A model generated the notes under the pieces. That model was not told the DNA's origin and made no database searches. It worked only from the letters and a program-made list of their open reading frames with translations. From contig JAJZBQ010000011.1 in assembly GCA_021798835.1 (NCBI GenBank), forward strand, positions 7,005 through 71,004: a stretch of 64,000 nucleotides of DNA. Direction: 5' to 3'. This DNA is from Pseudomonadota bacterium (GTDB taxonomy: Bacteria; Pseudomonadota; Gammaproteobacteria; Burkholderiales; Ferrovaceae). A program made the translations under genes and the position numbers. Below are positions 44,293 through 54,445 of this stretch, piece after piece (the first letter of the stretch is position 1; the number at the start of each line of letters is the position of its first letter).

Positions 44293-45045
44293 TCAGGGAT
44301 AATCCTGACGGGTAGGGCGAATCAAAATGTCGCTGACGTGTACATGAGGCGGACGACTGAGAACGAAGTGTATCGCATCAGCCACATCTTCCCCGATCAG
44401 CAAGGGTCCAAACTTATCCTTGAAATGGTCAACCATGTCGTCAGAATAGCCCGCACCATCTTGAAAACCGCTCAAGACCAATCCAGGTTCCACCAGGGTA
44501 ACACGGATACCCATGGATCCGACTTCACGCCGCAGACCTTCCGTCAGTGCATGCACCGCATACTTGGTGGCTCCATAGGCGGCGCTGAAGGGTGAAATAT
44601 GACGTCCCACCACGGATCCGATCACCACGATGTCAGCAGAACGACGTGGAAAATCCACCATTGGCTGAAAATGACGGACAGACTTCTGCATCAGGGACAA
44701 CGCCGAAGCAACATTAAGTTTCAGAATGGCCTCGAAATGACCCGTATCAACCTGAGTGACAGCCCCTCCCAAGCCACGTCCTGCATTCACGACAACCCCG
44801 TTGGCGGGTTGTCCGAAGTGCTGCTCAGCCGCCACAAACAAGCGCTCTTGGAGGTTTTCCTCGGTAATATCTCCCGCAACCCCATGAAAGTGGGGACCCC
44901 AATACTGTTCCAACTCGATCAGTTTGGCATGATTGCGACCCGTACCAACCACTCCGTATCCCTGTGCTACCAGCGTGCGCGCCGTCGCTTCACCGATCCC
45001 CGAGGTTGCCCCCGTCACGATAATCACCCGTTTGATATCCTGCAT
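44293..45045 (-). CDS. Short-chain dehydrogenase/reductase
   Basis: TGATSGIG, NAG, YGATK; ATG at 45045 has a GGAG RBS. Confidence 0.9.
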   Translation of the reverse strand: MQDIKRVIIVTGATSGIGEATARTLVAQGYGVVGTGRNHAKLIELEQYWGPHFHGVAGDITEENLQERLFVAAEQHFGQPANGVVVNAGRGLGGAVTQVDTGHFEAILKLNVASALSLMQKSVRHFQPMVDFPRRSADIVVIGSVVGRHISPFSAAYGATKYAVHALTEGLRREVGSMGIRVTLVEPGLVLSGFQDGAGYSDDMVDHFKDKFGPLLIGEDVADAIHFVLSRPPHVHVSDILIRPTRQDYP

Positions 45046-45191
45046 TCGCCAACTCCACAATGTACAAACATCTGCCCATATTACCGCATCATGAAAAAAT
45101 ATCGGAAACGGAAATGCACTTTGTCACAGTTCGAAAATCCGACTCCTGTACACTAGGACGCTGTCCTCAACACTGTTCAGGAGTCTAGTCC

Positions 45192-46148
45192 ATGTCTGTG
45201 CCCCAGTCGCTGCTCGAACAACTGAAGCAAATGACCGTGATTGTTGCCGATACCGGTGATATCGAAGCCATACGTCATCATACCCCTGAAGATGCCACCA
45301 CCAACCCCTCTCTGCTACTCAAGGCAGTTGGCTTGCCTGAATATGCTCCCCTGATCCGTGAATCACTGAGTTGGGCGGCCTCGCGCAGCGAAAATCCCGA
45401 GCAAAGATTGTCCGATGCCTGTGATCGTCTTGCCGTAGACGTTGGACTGGAGATTCTAAAAATCGTCCCGGGTCGAGTATCCACCGAGGTGGATGCACGT
45501 CTGTCATTTAACACACAAGCCACTCTTACGCGCGCGCGCGGACTGATTTCCCTGTATCAAGCCGCTGGTATCGGACCGGAGCGGGTCCTCATCAAAATCG
45601 CTTCCACATGGGAAGGGATACGAGCCGCGGAAATTCTCGAACATGAAGGAATTCACTGCAACCTGACACTGATGTTCAGTTTCGCCCAAGCTCGTGCTGC
45701 TGCCGAGGCAGGAGCAACGCTGGTATCCCCCTTCGTGGGACGGATCATGGATTGGCACAAGGCACACGGAACCATGTTTACACCGGATAAAGACCCTGGA
45801 GTACTGTCCGTACAACAGATTTACCAGTATTACAAGGCACATGGCTACCCGACCATTGTCATGGGTGCTTCATTCCGCAATTGTGAAGAGATCCTCGAAC
45901 TGGCCGGTTGCGATCGACTCACCATCGGCCCCCAATTTCTCGAAACCTTGCAAAATACCGTGGCACCGCTGCCTCGTCGTTTGAGTTACGAAGGTCCTCT
46001 GCTGTCTCGTCCCCCTTCACTCACGGAAGCCGAGTTTCGCTGGGCCATGAACGATGATCCCATGGCCACTGAAAAACTCGCGGAGGGAATCAGACTGTTT
46101 GCCGTGGATCAGTGCAAACTGATCGAAACACTGCGCGCTCATTCCTGA
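45192..46148 (+). CDS. tal: Transaldolase
   Basis: [28 protein letters not shown]. Confidence 0.97.
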   Translation: MSVPQSLLEQLKQMTVIVADTGDIEAIRHHTPEDATTNPSLLLKAVGLPEYAPLIRESLSWAASRSENPEQRLSDACDRLAVDVGLEILKIVPGRVSTEVDARLSFNTQATLTRARGLISLYQAAGIGPERVLIKIASTWEGIRAAEILEHEGIHCNLTLMFSFAQARAAAEAGATLVSPFVGRIMDWHKAHGTMFTPDKDPGVLSVQQIYQYYKAHGYPTIVMGASFRNCEEILELAGCDRLTIGPQFLETLQNTVAPLPRRLSYEGPLLSRPPSLTEAEFRWAMNDDPMATEKLAEGIRLFAVDQCKLIETLRAHS

Positions 46149-46177
46149 CTTTCCAGTTCATCGTCTCCCATCGACCT

Positions 46178-47068
46178 ATGGCGATGATCCAGCGTTTCAG
46201 GCTGCAAAGTCTGGCTGCTCTCCTGTGCATATTCTCCGAACCCCTGTGGGCATGCACAGGAAGTTGTGGTTCTCAATGGGCGGTATTGACTCCACAAGGC
46301 AGCATTGCCAGCCAGGAAAAAGACCTTATTCTGACAGCATTGGGACTAATGCTGCTGGTGGTGATTCCCACCATCACCATGACCCTGTACTTTGCGTGGA
46401 AATATCGAGCATCCAACGAAACGCCGGACTATGCCCCCAACTGGGACCATTCATCACGAATCGAAAAAGTTATCTGGGGAATCCCCACCCTTATCATCGC
46501 CATTCTGGGCACCTTGGTATGGATATCAACCCATCGTCTCAGCCCCTATCGCCCATTGTCATCCCCCTATCCTCCCCTGGAGGTACAGGTGGTCGCCATG
46601 GACTGGAAATGGCTGTTCATCTACCCGGATCTCAAAGTGGCGACCCTTAATCAGTTGGTCATTCCCGCCGGGGTGCCCGTGCATTTCGTGCTGACTTCGG
46701 ATGCGGTCATGAGTTCTTTTTTCATCCCTCAGTTGGGAGGACAGATCTATGCCATGGCAGGAATGACAACGCATCTGCATCTGATTGCCGATCAACCGGG
46801 AGTATTCGAGGGATACAACACCCAGTTCAGCGGGCCAGGTTTTGCTGGTATGCACTTTGAGACACGGGCGCTGCCATCCGAGAGTTTCCACCAATGGGTT
46901 CAAACGGCATCGCATGCCCCAGCCATACTGGATCACGTCAGGTTGACTCAACTCGAACAGCCCACAACCGATGTGCCGCCACAAATATACCGCGTAACCG
47001 CCCCCCGACTTTTCAACGAAATCGTGGAAAGTTACCAAGGCCCCCATGACCGCATGAAAGAGAACTAA
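46178..47068 (+). CDS. cyoA: Cytochrome bo3 ubiquinol oxidase subunit II
   Basis: WKWLFIYP, SFFIPQLGGQIYAMAGM, no CuA CxxxC; start estimated. Confidence 0.92.
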   Translation: MAMIQRFRLQSLAALLCIFSEPLWACTGSCGSQWAVLTPQGSIASQEKDLILTALGLMLLVVIPTITMTLYFAWKYRASNETPDYAPNWDHSSRIEKVIWGIPTLIIAILGTLVWISTHRLSPYRPLSSPYPPLEVQVVAMDWKWLFIYPDLKVATLNQLVIPAGVPVHFVLTSDAVMSSFFIPQLGGQIYAMAGMTTHLHLIADQPGVFEGYNTQFSGPGFAGMHFETRALPSESFHQWVQTASHAPAILDHVRLTQLEQPTTDVPPQIYRVTAPRLFNEIVESYQGPHDRMKEN

Positions 47069-47071
47069 GCC

Positions 47072-49078
47072 ATGGAAACGTTGATCTTCGGACGTCTAAA
47101 CTACCACGATATTCCCTATGACAACCCGATCATCATGGCCACGCTGGGAGGGGCCATCATGCTACTCTTGGTGGTCGCGTTTCTGGTCTGGTATCACGGC
47201 CAGTGGTCTTACCTCTGGCGCGAATGGTTTACGAGCCTCGATCATAAACGCATTGGAACAATGTATATCGTGCTCTCACTGATCATGCTGCTGCGTGGCT
47301 TTGCTGATGCCCTGCTGATGCGAACCCAGCAGGCACTGGCTGAAGGCGGAGTCGCCGGATATCTACCCCCGGAACATTACAACCAGATTTTCAGTGCGCA
47401 TGGCACCATCATGATCATTTTTGTGGCCATGCCTTTTTTTATCGGTCTCATGAATATCGTGGTGCCCCTGCAAATCGGTGCGCGCGATGTCGCCTACCCT
47501 TTCCTCAATTCCGTGAGTTTTTGGTTAACCGTCGCTGGGGCCATGCTGGTCATGCTCTCTCTCGGTTTGGGAAATTTTTCCCATGCTGGGTGGTCCGCCT
47601 ATCCTCCCCTTTCAGAAAAGCACTATAGTCCAGGCCCTGGGGTAGATTACTGGATATGGGGATTACAGATCGGCGGAGTGGGGACCCTGATGACAGGAAT
47701 CAATTTTTTTGTCACCATCTGGCGCCTGCGTGCACCGGGTATGACCTGGATGAAACTCCCCATTTTTTCCTGGACTATCTTGGTCACAACCCTCTTGATC
47801 ATGCTGGCCTTCCCGGTTCTCACCGTCCTGCTTGCCCTGCTCTCCCTGGACCGCACCCTGGGATTGCACTTCTTCACCAATCATCTGGGTGGAAACCTGA
47901 TGCTGTTCACCAACCTGTTCTGGATCTGGGGACACCCTGAAGTCTATATCGTCATACTGCCAGCTTTTGGGATTTATTCAGAAGTCACGGCTACTTTTTC
48001 GCGTAAGCCCTTGTTCGGCTATACTTCCATGGTCTATGCCTCCCTGGCCATCGCCACTCTGTCCTTTGTGGTTTGGCTACACCATTTCTTCACGATGGGA
48101 GCAGGTGCCAACGTCAACGCTTTTTTTGGCATTGCCACCATGGTCATCGCAGTCCCCACCGGAGTCAAGGTATTCAACTGGATTTTCACCATCTACCGCG
48201 GAAGACTGGAATTCACCACCCCTATTCTATGGACTCTGGGCTTTATCGTGACATTCTGTATCGGGGGCATGACCGGAGTACTATTGGCCGTCCCAGGTGC
48301 TGATTTCCAACTTCACAACTCGGAATTCCTGATTGCCCATTTTCACAATATGCTGATTCCCGGTGCACTGTTCGGTTATTTTGCAGGCTATGCCTACTGG
48401 TTTCCCAAGATATTCGGGTTTCGTCTAAATGAAACCTGGGGAAAACGCGCATTCTGGCTATGGCTGGTCGGTTTCTATCTGGCTTTCATGCCACTCTATG
48501 CGCTGGGTTTCATGGGCATGCCACGACGTCTGGTACATTACGATAACCCCCTGTGGCAACCCTATCTGGTCACTGCGCTAGTCGGAACCTTGCTGATTTT
48601 CGCCGGCATCCTATGTCAAATCCTGCAATTGACGCTCAGTATTCAACAGCGTCGGCTTCTGCAGGAAAATACGGGGGACCCCTGGAACGGTCGCACACTG
48701 GAATGGTCGATTCCATGCCCCGCCCCTGCCTGGAACTTTGCACACCTGCCTACCGTTCACGCCCGCGACGACTTCCATGTCACCAAGCAATCTGGACAAG
48801 CCCCCCCTTCTCTTCCCTACAGCGCCATTCTTTTGCCTGCCGCCTCGGGACTGGGGCCCATAATGGGAGCCTTGGCCTTCCTGTTGGGGTTTGGCCTCGT
48901 CTGGTACCTTTGGTGGATGGCCGCTGTTGCCCTCGCAGGACTGGTACTATGTTTACTGGTTCGCTCACTGGATGATGAAACCGAATTTCTCATCCCGGCA
49001 ACAACTGTGGAGGCAACGGAACGCGCCTTACGCAGGATAGCCAGTTCTCCATACAACGCCTCACAGGTGTCACAATGA
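47072..49078 (+). CDS. cyoB: Cytochrome bo3 ubiquinol oxidase subunit I
   Basis: Heme-Cu ligands HGT, WGHPEVY, WLHH, AHFH; quinol-site residues in RGFAD and HYNQ. Confidence 0.96.
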   Translation: METLIFGRLNYHDIPYDNPIIMATLGGAIMLLLVVAFLVWYHGQWSYLWREWFTSLDHKRIGTMYIVLSLIMLLRGFADALLMRTQQALAEGGVAGYLPPEHYNQIFSAHGTIMIIFVAMPFFIGLMNIVVPLQIGARDVAYPFLNSVSFWLTVAGAMLVMLSLGLGNFSHAGWSAYPPLSEKHYSPGPGVDYWIWGLQIGGVGTLMTGINFFVTIWRLRAPGMTWMKLPIFSWTILVTTLLIMLAFPVLTVLLALLSLDRTLGLHFFTNHLGGNLMLFTNLFWIWGHPEVYIVILPAFGIYSEVTATFSRKPLFGYTSMVYASLAIATLSFVVWLHHFFTMGAGANVNAFFGIATMVIAVPTGVKVFNWIFTIYRGRLEFTTPILWTLGFIVTFCIGGMTGVLLAVPGADFQLHNSEFLIAHFHNMLIPGALFGYFAGYAYWFPKIFGFRLNETWGKRAFWLWLVGFYLAFMPLYALGFMGMPRRLVHYDNPLWQPYLVTALVGTLLIFAGILCQILQLTLSIQQRRLLQENTGDPWNGRTLEWSIPCPAPAWNFAHLPTVHARDDFHVTKQSGQAPPSLPYSAILLPAASGLGPIMGALAFLLGFGLVWYLWWMAAVALAGLVLCLLVRSLDDETEFLIPATTVEATERALRRIASSPYNASQVSQ

Positions 49079-49692
49079 AGTCGCTGTCCCAGGACCTCGG
49101 CAAGAATGGTAATGATTATGCCACAGAGGATACCCACGAAGACCTTACCCTGCTGGGATTCTGGCTTTACCTGATGACTGACTGTCTGCTCTTTTGCGCA
49201 TTATTCGCCACTTGGGCCGTCTTGCATAACAACACTGCTGGGGGACCCAGCGCCCATGACATCATTGATCTTCCCTATGTACTGATTGAAACCCTGTGTC
49301 TATTATTTTCCAGTACTGCCAACGGGATAGCCATGATGGCATTGCAACGTCGCAATACACGTTCCCTGCTGGGCTGGCTTGGTCTGACGGGGATACTGGG
49401 GGTTTTCTTTGTTGCCATGGAACTGCATGAGTTTTTACATCTTATCGAAAGCGGCAATGGTCCACAACGCAGTGGTTTCCTGTCATCATTTTTCACCCTG
49501 GTAGGAACGCATGGACTACACGTCAGCATCGGATTGCTGTGGCTGTTGACCCTGTGGGTACAAATTTCCCGCAAAGGACTGACTGCGCCAATCCATTCTC
49601 GCTTACAACGCTTCAGTTTGTTCTGGCATTTTCTCGATCTGGTCTGGGTGGCCGTCTTCACTTTTGTTTACCTCATCGGCGGTGACTTATGA
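49075..49692 (+). CDS. cyoC: Cytochrome bo3 subunit III
   Basis: [26 protein letters not shown]. Confidence 0.95.
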   Translation: MKSLSQDLGKNGNDYATEDTHEDLTLLGFWLYLMTDCLLFCALFATWAVLHNNTAGGPSAHDIIDLPYVLIETLCLLFSSTANGIAMMALQRRNTRSLLGWLGLTGILGVFFVAMELHEFLHLIESGNGPQRSGFLSSFFTLVGTHGLHVSIGLLWLLTLWVQISRKGLTAPIHSRLQRFSLFWHFLDLVWVAVFTFVYLIGGDL

Positions 49693-50012
49693 AAATTCAC
49701 CATTCGTCTCTTTCTAAAACTTTCACTGGATTTGTACTATCCCTGATTCTGACACTGGGAGCTTTTTCTATCGCACGAGGATGGACAGATCTCGCCTCAA
49801 CGATGCGTCATGTATTACTGGTTTTACTGGCGCTGATCCAGATTTTGGTTCAACTGCGCTATTTTCTTCACCTGGATGGTAGTCCAGATCAGCGTTGGAA
49901 ACGCTGGACTTTATGGTATACGGTGCTGATCGCCCTGCTTCTTCTGGGAGGGACTCTATGGATCATGCACAACGCCCAGATGCATATGATGGCTGGCATG
50001 GAGTCCTCGTGA
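49689..50012 (+). CDS. cyoD: Cytochrome bo3 subunit IV
   Basis: GFVLSLILT, QLRYFLHL, GTLWIM. Confidence 0.92.
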   Translation: MKIHHSSLSKTFTGFVLSLILTLGAFSIARGWTDLASTMRHVLLVLLALIQILVQLRYFLHLDGSPDQRWKRWTLWYTVLIALLLLGGTLWIMHNAQMHMMAGMESS

Positions 50013-50896
50013 GCACGCTGGCCCTGCGCCGCCTTCCTGCATGGCGGGATCTGCTGACTCTCACCAAACCAGGGATCTTGCTGGGTAATCTGATTGCCGT
50101 TTTGGGCGGATATGGACTGGCCGCCATCCATCATCCTGACACAGAAGGACATCTGCTATCTCTGCTGGTGGGATCAGGAATGATCATTGCCGCTGCCGGT
50201 GTCTTTAATAATTTACTGGATCAGGACATGGATCGCCTGATGACACGGACACAAGATCGTTGTCAAGTATTAACACGTATCAGCGTTCTGCAAGGGTTTA
50301 TCTGGGGAATACTTTTATTAACTGTTGGCAGCATCTGTCTGATCAGTAAAGTTAATGTTCTGACTCTGTCACTAGCATGGGGGGGGTTGTTCGTCTATTT
50401 GGTTCCTTACACCCTGCATTTCAAACGACGATCCTGGACCGGGTTGTGGGTCGGCGCTCTGGCCGGTGCAACGCCCCCCCTGATGGGCTATTGTGCTCTG
50501 ATTCCACACTTGGATCATCAAGCCATTTGGCTTTTTGTCTGCGTCTGCCTGTGGCAGATTCCTCATGCCCATGCTATTGCCCTGCGCCATCTCGAAGATT
50601 ACCGGCGCGCCAACTTGGCTTTGTTACCGATTACCCACGGTACGACCCTTATACGACAACGCATGCCATGGTACATCGGGGCATTTACGCTGATCGCCTG
50701 CCTCCCGATTTTCTGGGACAATAACACTCAAAATGGAATCATCACAGGGGCATTGGGGATTTTCTGGGAATTGGCCGCTTGGCGATGGCGCACAATTTCC
50801 TCTACCCGGCAATGGGCTACCCGGCATTTCCAATGTTCTTTGGGAATTATTCTGCTGTTCAACCTCTCTCTCATCGCTCCCTTGATTCCGTGGTAA
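50009..50896 (+). CDS. cyoE: Protoheme IX farnesyltransferase (heme O synthase)
   Basis: LTKPGI, DQDMDRLMTRT, WQIPH, DY..A; GTG start overlapping the cyoD stop. Confidence 0.92.
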   Translation: MSTLALRRLPAWRDLLTLTKPGILLGNLIAVLGGYGLAAIHHPDTEGHLLSLLVGSGMIIAAAGVFNNLLDQDMDRLMTRTQDRCQVLTRISVLQGFIWGILLLTVGSICLISKVNVLTLSLAWGGLFVYLVPYTLHFKRRSWTGLWVGALAGATPPLMGYCALIPHLDHQAIWLFVCVCLWQIPHAHAIALRHLEDYRRANLALLPITHGTTLIRQRMPWYIGAFTLIACLPIFWDNNTQNGIITGALGIFWELAAWRWRTISSTRQWATRHFQCSLGIILLFNLSLIAPLIPW

Positions 50897-50989
50897 CACA
50901 AGAAATTGACTGTCACAGATTGACACACTTATGGACAACCCAAAAGACTACCATCTTTCCCATGTTCATCTGACCTAACGAGGTTTTTC

Positions 50990-53476
50990 ATGGCCAAACG
51001 CAGCGCAGCCCCTTCCTCCTCCCAGTCCTTGTTGCCTTCTTCCCATAGCCCTGACGACAAAGCGGCCCTGCGTGAGGCCGTACTCAGTCATCTTACCTTT
51101 ACAGTTGGCAAATCTGCCAGCATGGCTTCCCCCCACGACTGGTTCATGGCCGTGGCCCATGCCGTGCGCGACCGAATGATGGAAAACTGGCTGGAAACCC
51201 AACAACGTTTTTATCAGCATGAAAATGAAAAGAAGAGAGTCTATTACCTGTCTCTGGAATTCCTGCTTGGGCGCATGCTGACCAATAGTCTGTACAATCT
51301 TGGCATACTGGACACCTGCCGCGACACACTGCATGACCTCGGTGTGGATTTTGAGGCTATTCGCGCCATTGAAGAGGATGCGGGACTTGGAAATGGTGGG
51401 CTGGGACGCTTGGCTGCCTGTTTCATGGACTCTCTGGCCACCTTGGGCTATTCAGCCTGCGGCTATGGCATTCGTTACGAATACGGCATGTTCCACCAGA
51501 ATATTGAACAGGGCGAGCAGGTGGAATGCCCGGATAACTGGTTACGCTTTGGAAATCCCTGGGAATTTCCACGCACCGATATCAGTTATGAAATTCATTT
51601 CGGTGGAAAAGTCACTCACTACCGCGAAGAAGATGGAGTATCTCGTTATCACTGGGTAGAGACAGACACCGTACTGGCCATGGCGTTTGACACTCCAGTA
51701 CCAGGACATGGCACTCAAGCAACGAATAGTTTGCGCTTGTGGAGTGCGCGAGGAACGCATGAATTTGATCTGCGCTACTTCAACGAGGGAGATTATGCCG
51801 AGGCAGTGGCCAACAAAAATGCCTCTGAAAATCTCTCCATGGTACTTTACCCCGATGATTCTACGGCAGAAGGCCGGGAACTGCGCCTAAAACAACAGTA
51901 CTTCTTTGTTAGCGCATCCCTTCAGGACATCATTTTCCACCACCTGCAACACCATACTGACCTGACACAATTACCCGACAAAGTAGCCATTCAACTCAAC
52001 GACACCCATCCCAGCCTCAGCATTCCGGAAATGATGCGCCTGTTGCTCGATGTCTATCACTGGGATTGGGATAAAGCCTGGGATCTGACTACGCGCCTGT
52101 TTTCCTATACCAACCACACCATCATGCCTGAAGCACTGGAAACCTGGAGCGTTCCTCTGCTTGAACGGTGTCTGCCACGTCACTTGCAACTAATTTATGA
52201 AATCAATCACCGCCTGCTGGAACAGGTTCGCCACCTACATCCGGGCGATACCCTCCTGCTGAAACGCCTGTCACTGATTGATGAGAGCGGCGAACGCCAT
52301 GTGCGGATGGCCCATCTGAGTATTGTGGGCAGTCACCACGTCAACGGAGTGGCCAAGTTGCATACCCAGTTGCTGCAAAGCACCACATTTGCCGATTTTC
52401 ATTCGCTCTACCCTGGAAAAATTGTCAATATCACCAATGGCATCACGCCACGACGTTGGCTCAACGAATCCAATTTTCGACTGTCTGCCCTGCTCTCCGA
52501 AACACTGGGCGACAGTTGGAAAAACGATCTGACCCGTCTGACGGCACTGGTTCCTCTGGCGGATGATGTGGCCTTTCAAGCACGCTTCCGCGCCGTCAAA
52601 CTGGGCAACAAACAAGCGCTATCGGACTATTTACATCGCTATCACAAGATGGACATTAATCCCGATACCTTGTTTGATGTACAGGTGAAACGCATTCACG
52701 AATACAAACGCCAACTACTCAACGTGCTGGGCGTGATTACCCGATATAACCGCATACGATCCGGCCAGGGAGATTCCATGGTACCGCGCACGGTCATGTT
52801 TAGCGGCAAGGCTGCCCCTGGATACCTGACTGCCAAACGTATCATCGCCCTGATCCATGCTGTCGCTGAAGTGGTCAATAATGATCCCCTGGTTCAGAAT
52901 CGCCTCAAGGTAGCGTTCATACCCAATTACAATGTCACCATCGCCCTGCGCCTGATCCCCGCTGCTGAACTTTCCGAACAGATATCTACCGCTGGGACAG
53001 AAGCCTCGGGGACCGGTAACATGAAACTGGCACTCAATGGTGCGCTGACACTGGGTACACTGGACGGAGCCAATATCGAGATTGGTGATGCCGTTGGTTG
53101 GGATAACTTTTTTTGCTTCGGGGAAACCGCTGAGCAAATCGAGCAACTGAAGCAAGATGGTTATCATCCCCAGGAGTTCCTGAATACCCACTCTGAATTG
53201 CGACAAGCTCTGGACATGATTGCTCAGGGGTATTTCTCGCCTGATCGTCCTCAACGATTTACCTCTCTGGTGGACGAGTTGATTCAACATGACCGTTTTT
53301 TTCTGTTCGCAGATTATGAGGCCTATCTCGCAGCCCAGGATCGCGTCGATGACGTGTACCGCAACCCTGCAGAATGGACGCGACGCTCGATTTTGAATGT
53401 AGCCCACATGGGTCGTTTTTCCAGTGACCGTTGCATTCAGGAATATGCCAACCAGATTTGGCAACTACCCGGCTGA
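50990..53476 (+). CDS. glgP: Glycogen/alpha-glucan phosphorylase
   Basis: GLGNGGLGRLAACF, KRIHEYKRQ, EASGTGNMK (PLP Lys). Confidence 0.97.
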   Translation: MAKRSAAPSSSQSLLPSSHSPDDKAALREAVLSHLTFTVGKSASMASPHDWFMAVAHAVRDRMMENWLETQQRFYQHENEKKRVYYLSLEFLLGRMLTNSLYNLGILDTCRDTLHDLGVDFEAIRAIEEDAGLGNGGLGRLAACFMDSLATLGYSACGYGIRYEYGMFHQNIEQGEQVECPDNWLRFGNPWEFPRTDISYEIHFGGKVTHYREEDGVSRYHWVETDTVLAMAFDTPVPGHGTQATNSLRLWSARGTHEFDLRYFNEGDYAEAVANKNASENLSMVLYPDDSTAEGRELRLKQQYFFVSASLQDIIFHHLQHHTDLTQLPDKVAIQLNDTHPSLSIPEMMRLLLDVYHWDWDKAWDLTTRLFSYTNHTIMPEALETWSVPLLERCLPRHLQLIYEINHRLLEQVRHLHPGDTLLLKRLSLIDESGERHVRMAHLSIVGSHHVNGVAKLHTQLLQSTTFADFHSLYPGKIVNITNGITPRRWLNESNFRLSALLSETLGDSWKNDLTRLTALVPLADDVAFQARFRAVKLGNKQALSDYLHRYHKMDINPDTLFDVQVKRIHEYKRQLLNVLGVITRYNRIRSGQGDSMVPRTVMFSGKAAPGYLTAKRIIALIHAVAEVVNNDPLVQNRLKVAFIPNYNVTIALRLIPAAELSEQISTAGTEASGTGNMKLALNGALTLGTLDGANIEIGDAVGWDNFFCFGETAEQIEQLKQDGYHPQEFLNTHSELRQALDMIAQGYFSPDRPQRFTSLVDELIQHDRFFLFADYEAYLAAQDRVDDVYRNPAEWTRRSILNVAHMGRFSSDRCIQEYANQIWQLPG

Positions 53477-53521
53477 ATCACTACGATGAACTGATAAGTC
53501 AAACCATAGGAGAAATGCAAG

Positions 53522-54436
53522 ATGAAGATGGGGATGGTTGGATTGGGAAAAATGGGAGGCAACATGGCCTGCCGTTTGGTACGTGGCGGGGTGCAAGTGG
53601 TGGGGCTGGATCATTCTGCGGCCGTGGTGGATGAATGGGTTCACAGTGCCGGCATCACTGGAGCGCATAGTGTCGATGAGTTGCTGGCTCAATTGCCCAG
53701 TCCGCGTATCCTGTGGTTAATGCTACCCAGTGGAGCCATCACCGAACAACAAATTCTGATGTACGCGGAACGTCTTCAACCCGGTGATATCCTGATTGAC
53801 GGAGGAAATTCCAACTACCACGACAGCGAACGTCGAGGCGCTCTACTCGCAGCCAAGGGAATTGGTTTTATGGATGCCGGGACCTCCGGAGGCATTTGGG
53901 GCCTTGACAATGGCTACTGCATGATGGTGGGAGCTGCCCCGGATGTCGCTGAGCGTGTAACCCCTCTGCTTAAAATCCTGGCCCCCGCGGCTGATCGCGG
54001 CTGGGCGCATGTGGGACCGGTAGGATCTGGACACTTCGTGAAGATGATTCATAATGGCATCGAGTACGGCATGATGCAAGCATTGTCCGAGGGACTCACG
54101 CTATTAAAGGGTAAACAGGCCTATCAGTTGGATATCGCTCAAATTGCCACACTGTGGCGAGATGCTTCCGTGGTGCGCAGTTGGTTATTAGACCTGACTG
54201 CTGAAGCCTTGCAAAAGGGGGTGGACTGGTCATCTATCGATACCCGGGTGGCCGACTCAGGGGAAGGCCGCTGGACTGCCATTGAAGCCATCGAGCAGGG
54301 TGTCCCTACACCGGTCTTGAGCCTGGCTTTGCAGATGCGCTTTCAGAGTCAAAAGGACGATGATCCCTTGGGATACAAACTGTTGTCCGTGATGCGCCAT
54401 GCCTTTGGGGGACACCCCATTGCCGCACAATCTTGA
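53522..54436 (+). CDS. gnd: 6-phosphogluconate dehydrogenase, short (GntZ/YqeC-like) type
   Basis: GLGKMG, DGGNS, DAGTSGG, KMIHNGIEYG; 304 aa. Confidence 0.93.
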   Translation: MKMGMVGLGKMGGNMACRLVRGGVQVVGLDHSAAVVDEWVHSAGITGAHSVDELLAQLPSPRILWLMLPSGAITEQQILMYAERLQPGDILIDGGNSNYHDSERRGALLAAKGIGFMDAGTSGGIWGLDNGYCMMVGAAPDVAERVTPLLKILAPAADRGWAHVGPVGSGHFVKMIHNGIEYGMMQALSEGLTLLKGKQAYQLDIAQIATLWRDASVVRSWLLDLTAEALQKGVDWSSIDTRVADSGEGRWTAIEAIEQGVPTPVLSLALQMRFQSQKDDDPLGYKLLSVMRHAFGGHPIAAQS

Positions 54437-54445
54437 GGAAGTTCC

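Noticed and set aside
52715-53464. Long antisense or alternate-frame ORFs in the track (e.g. 249 aa opposite glgP; 4801-5418; 32038-32673)
   Set aside because: Shadow ORFs of well-supported genes with no independent motifs
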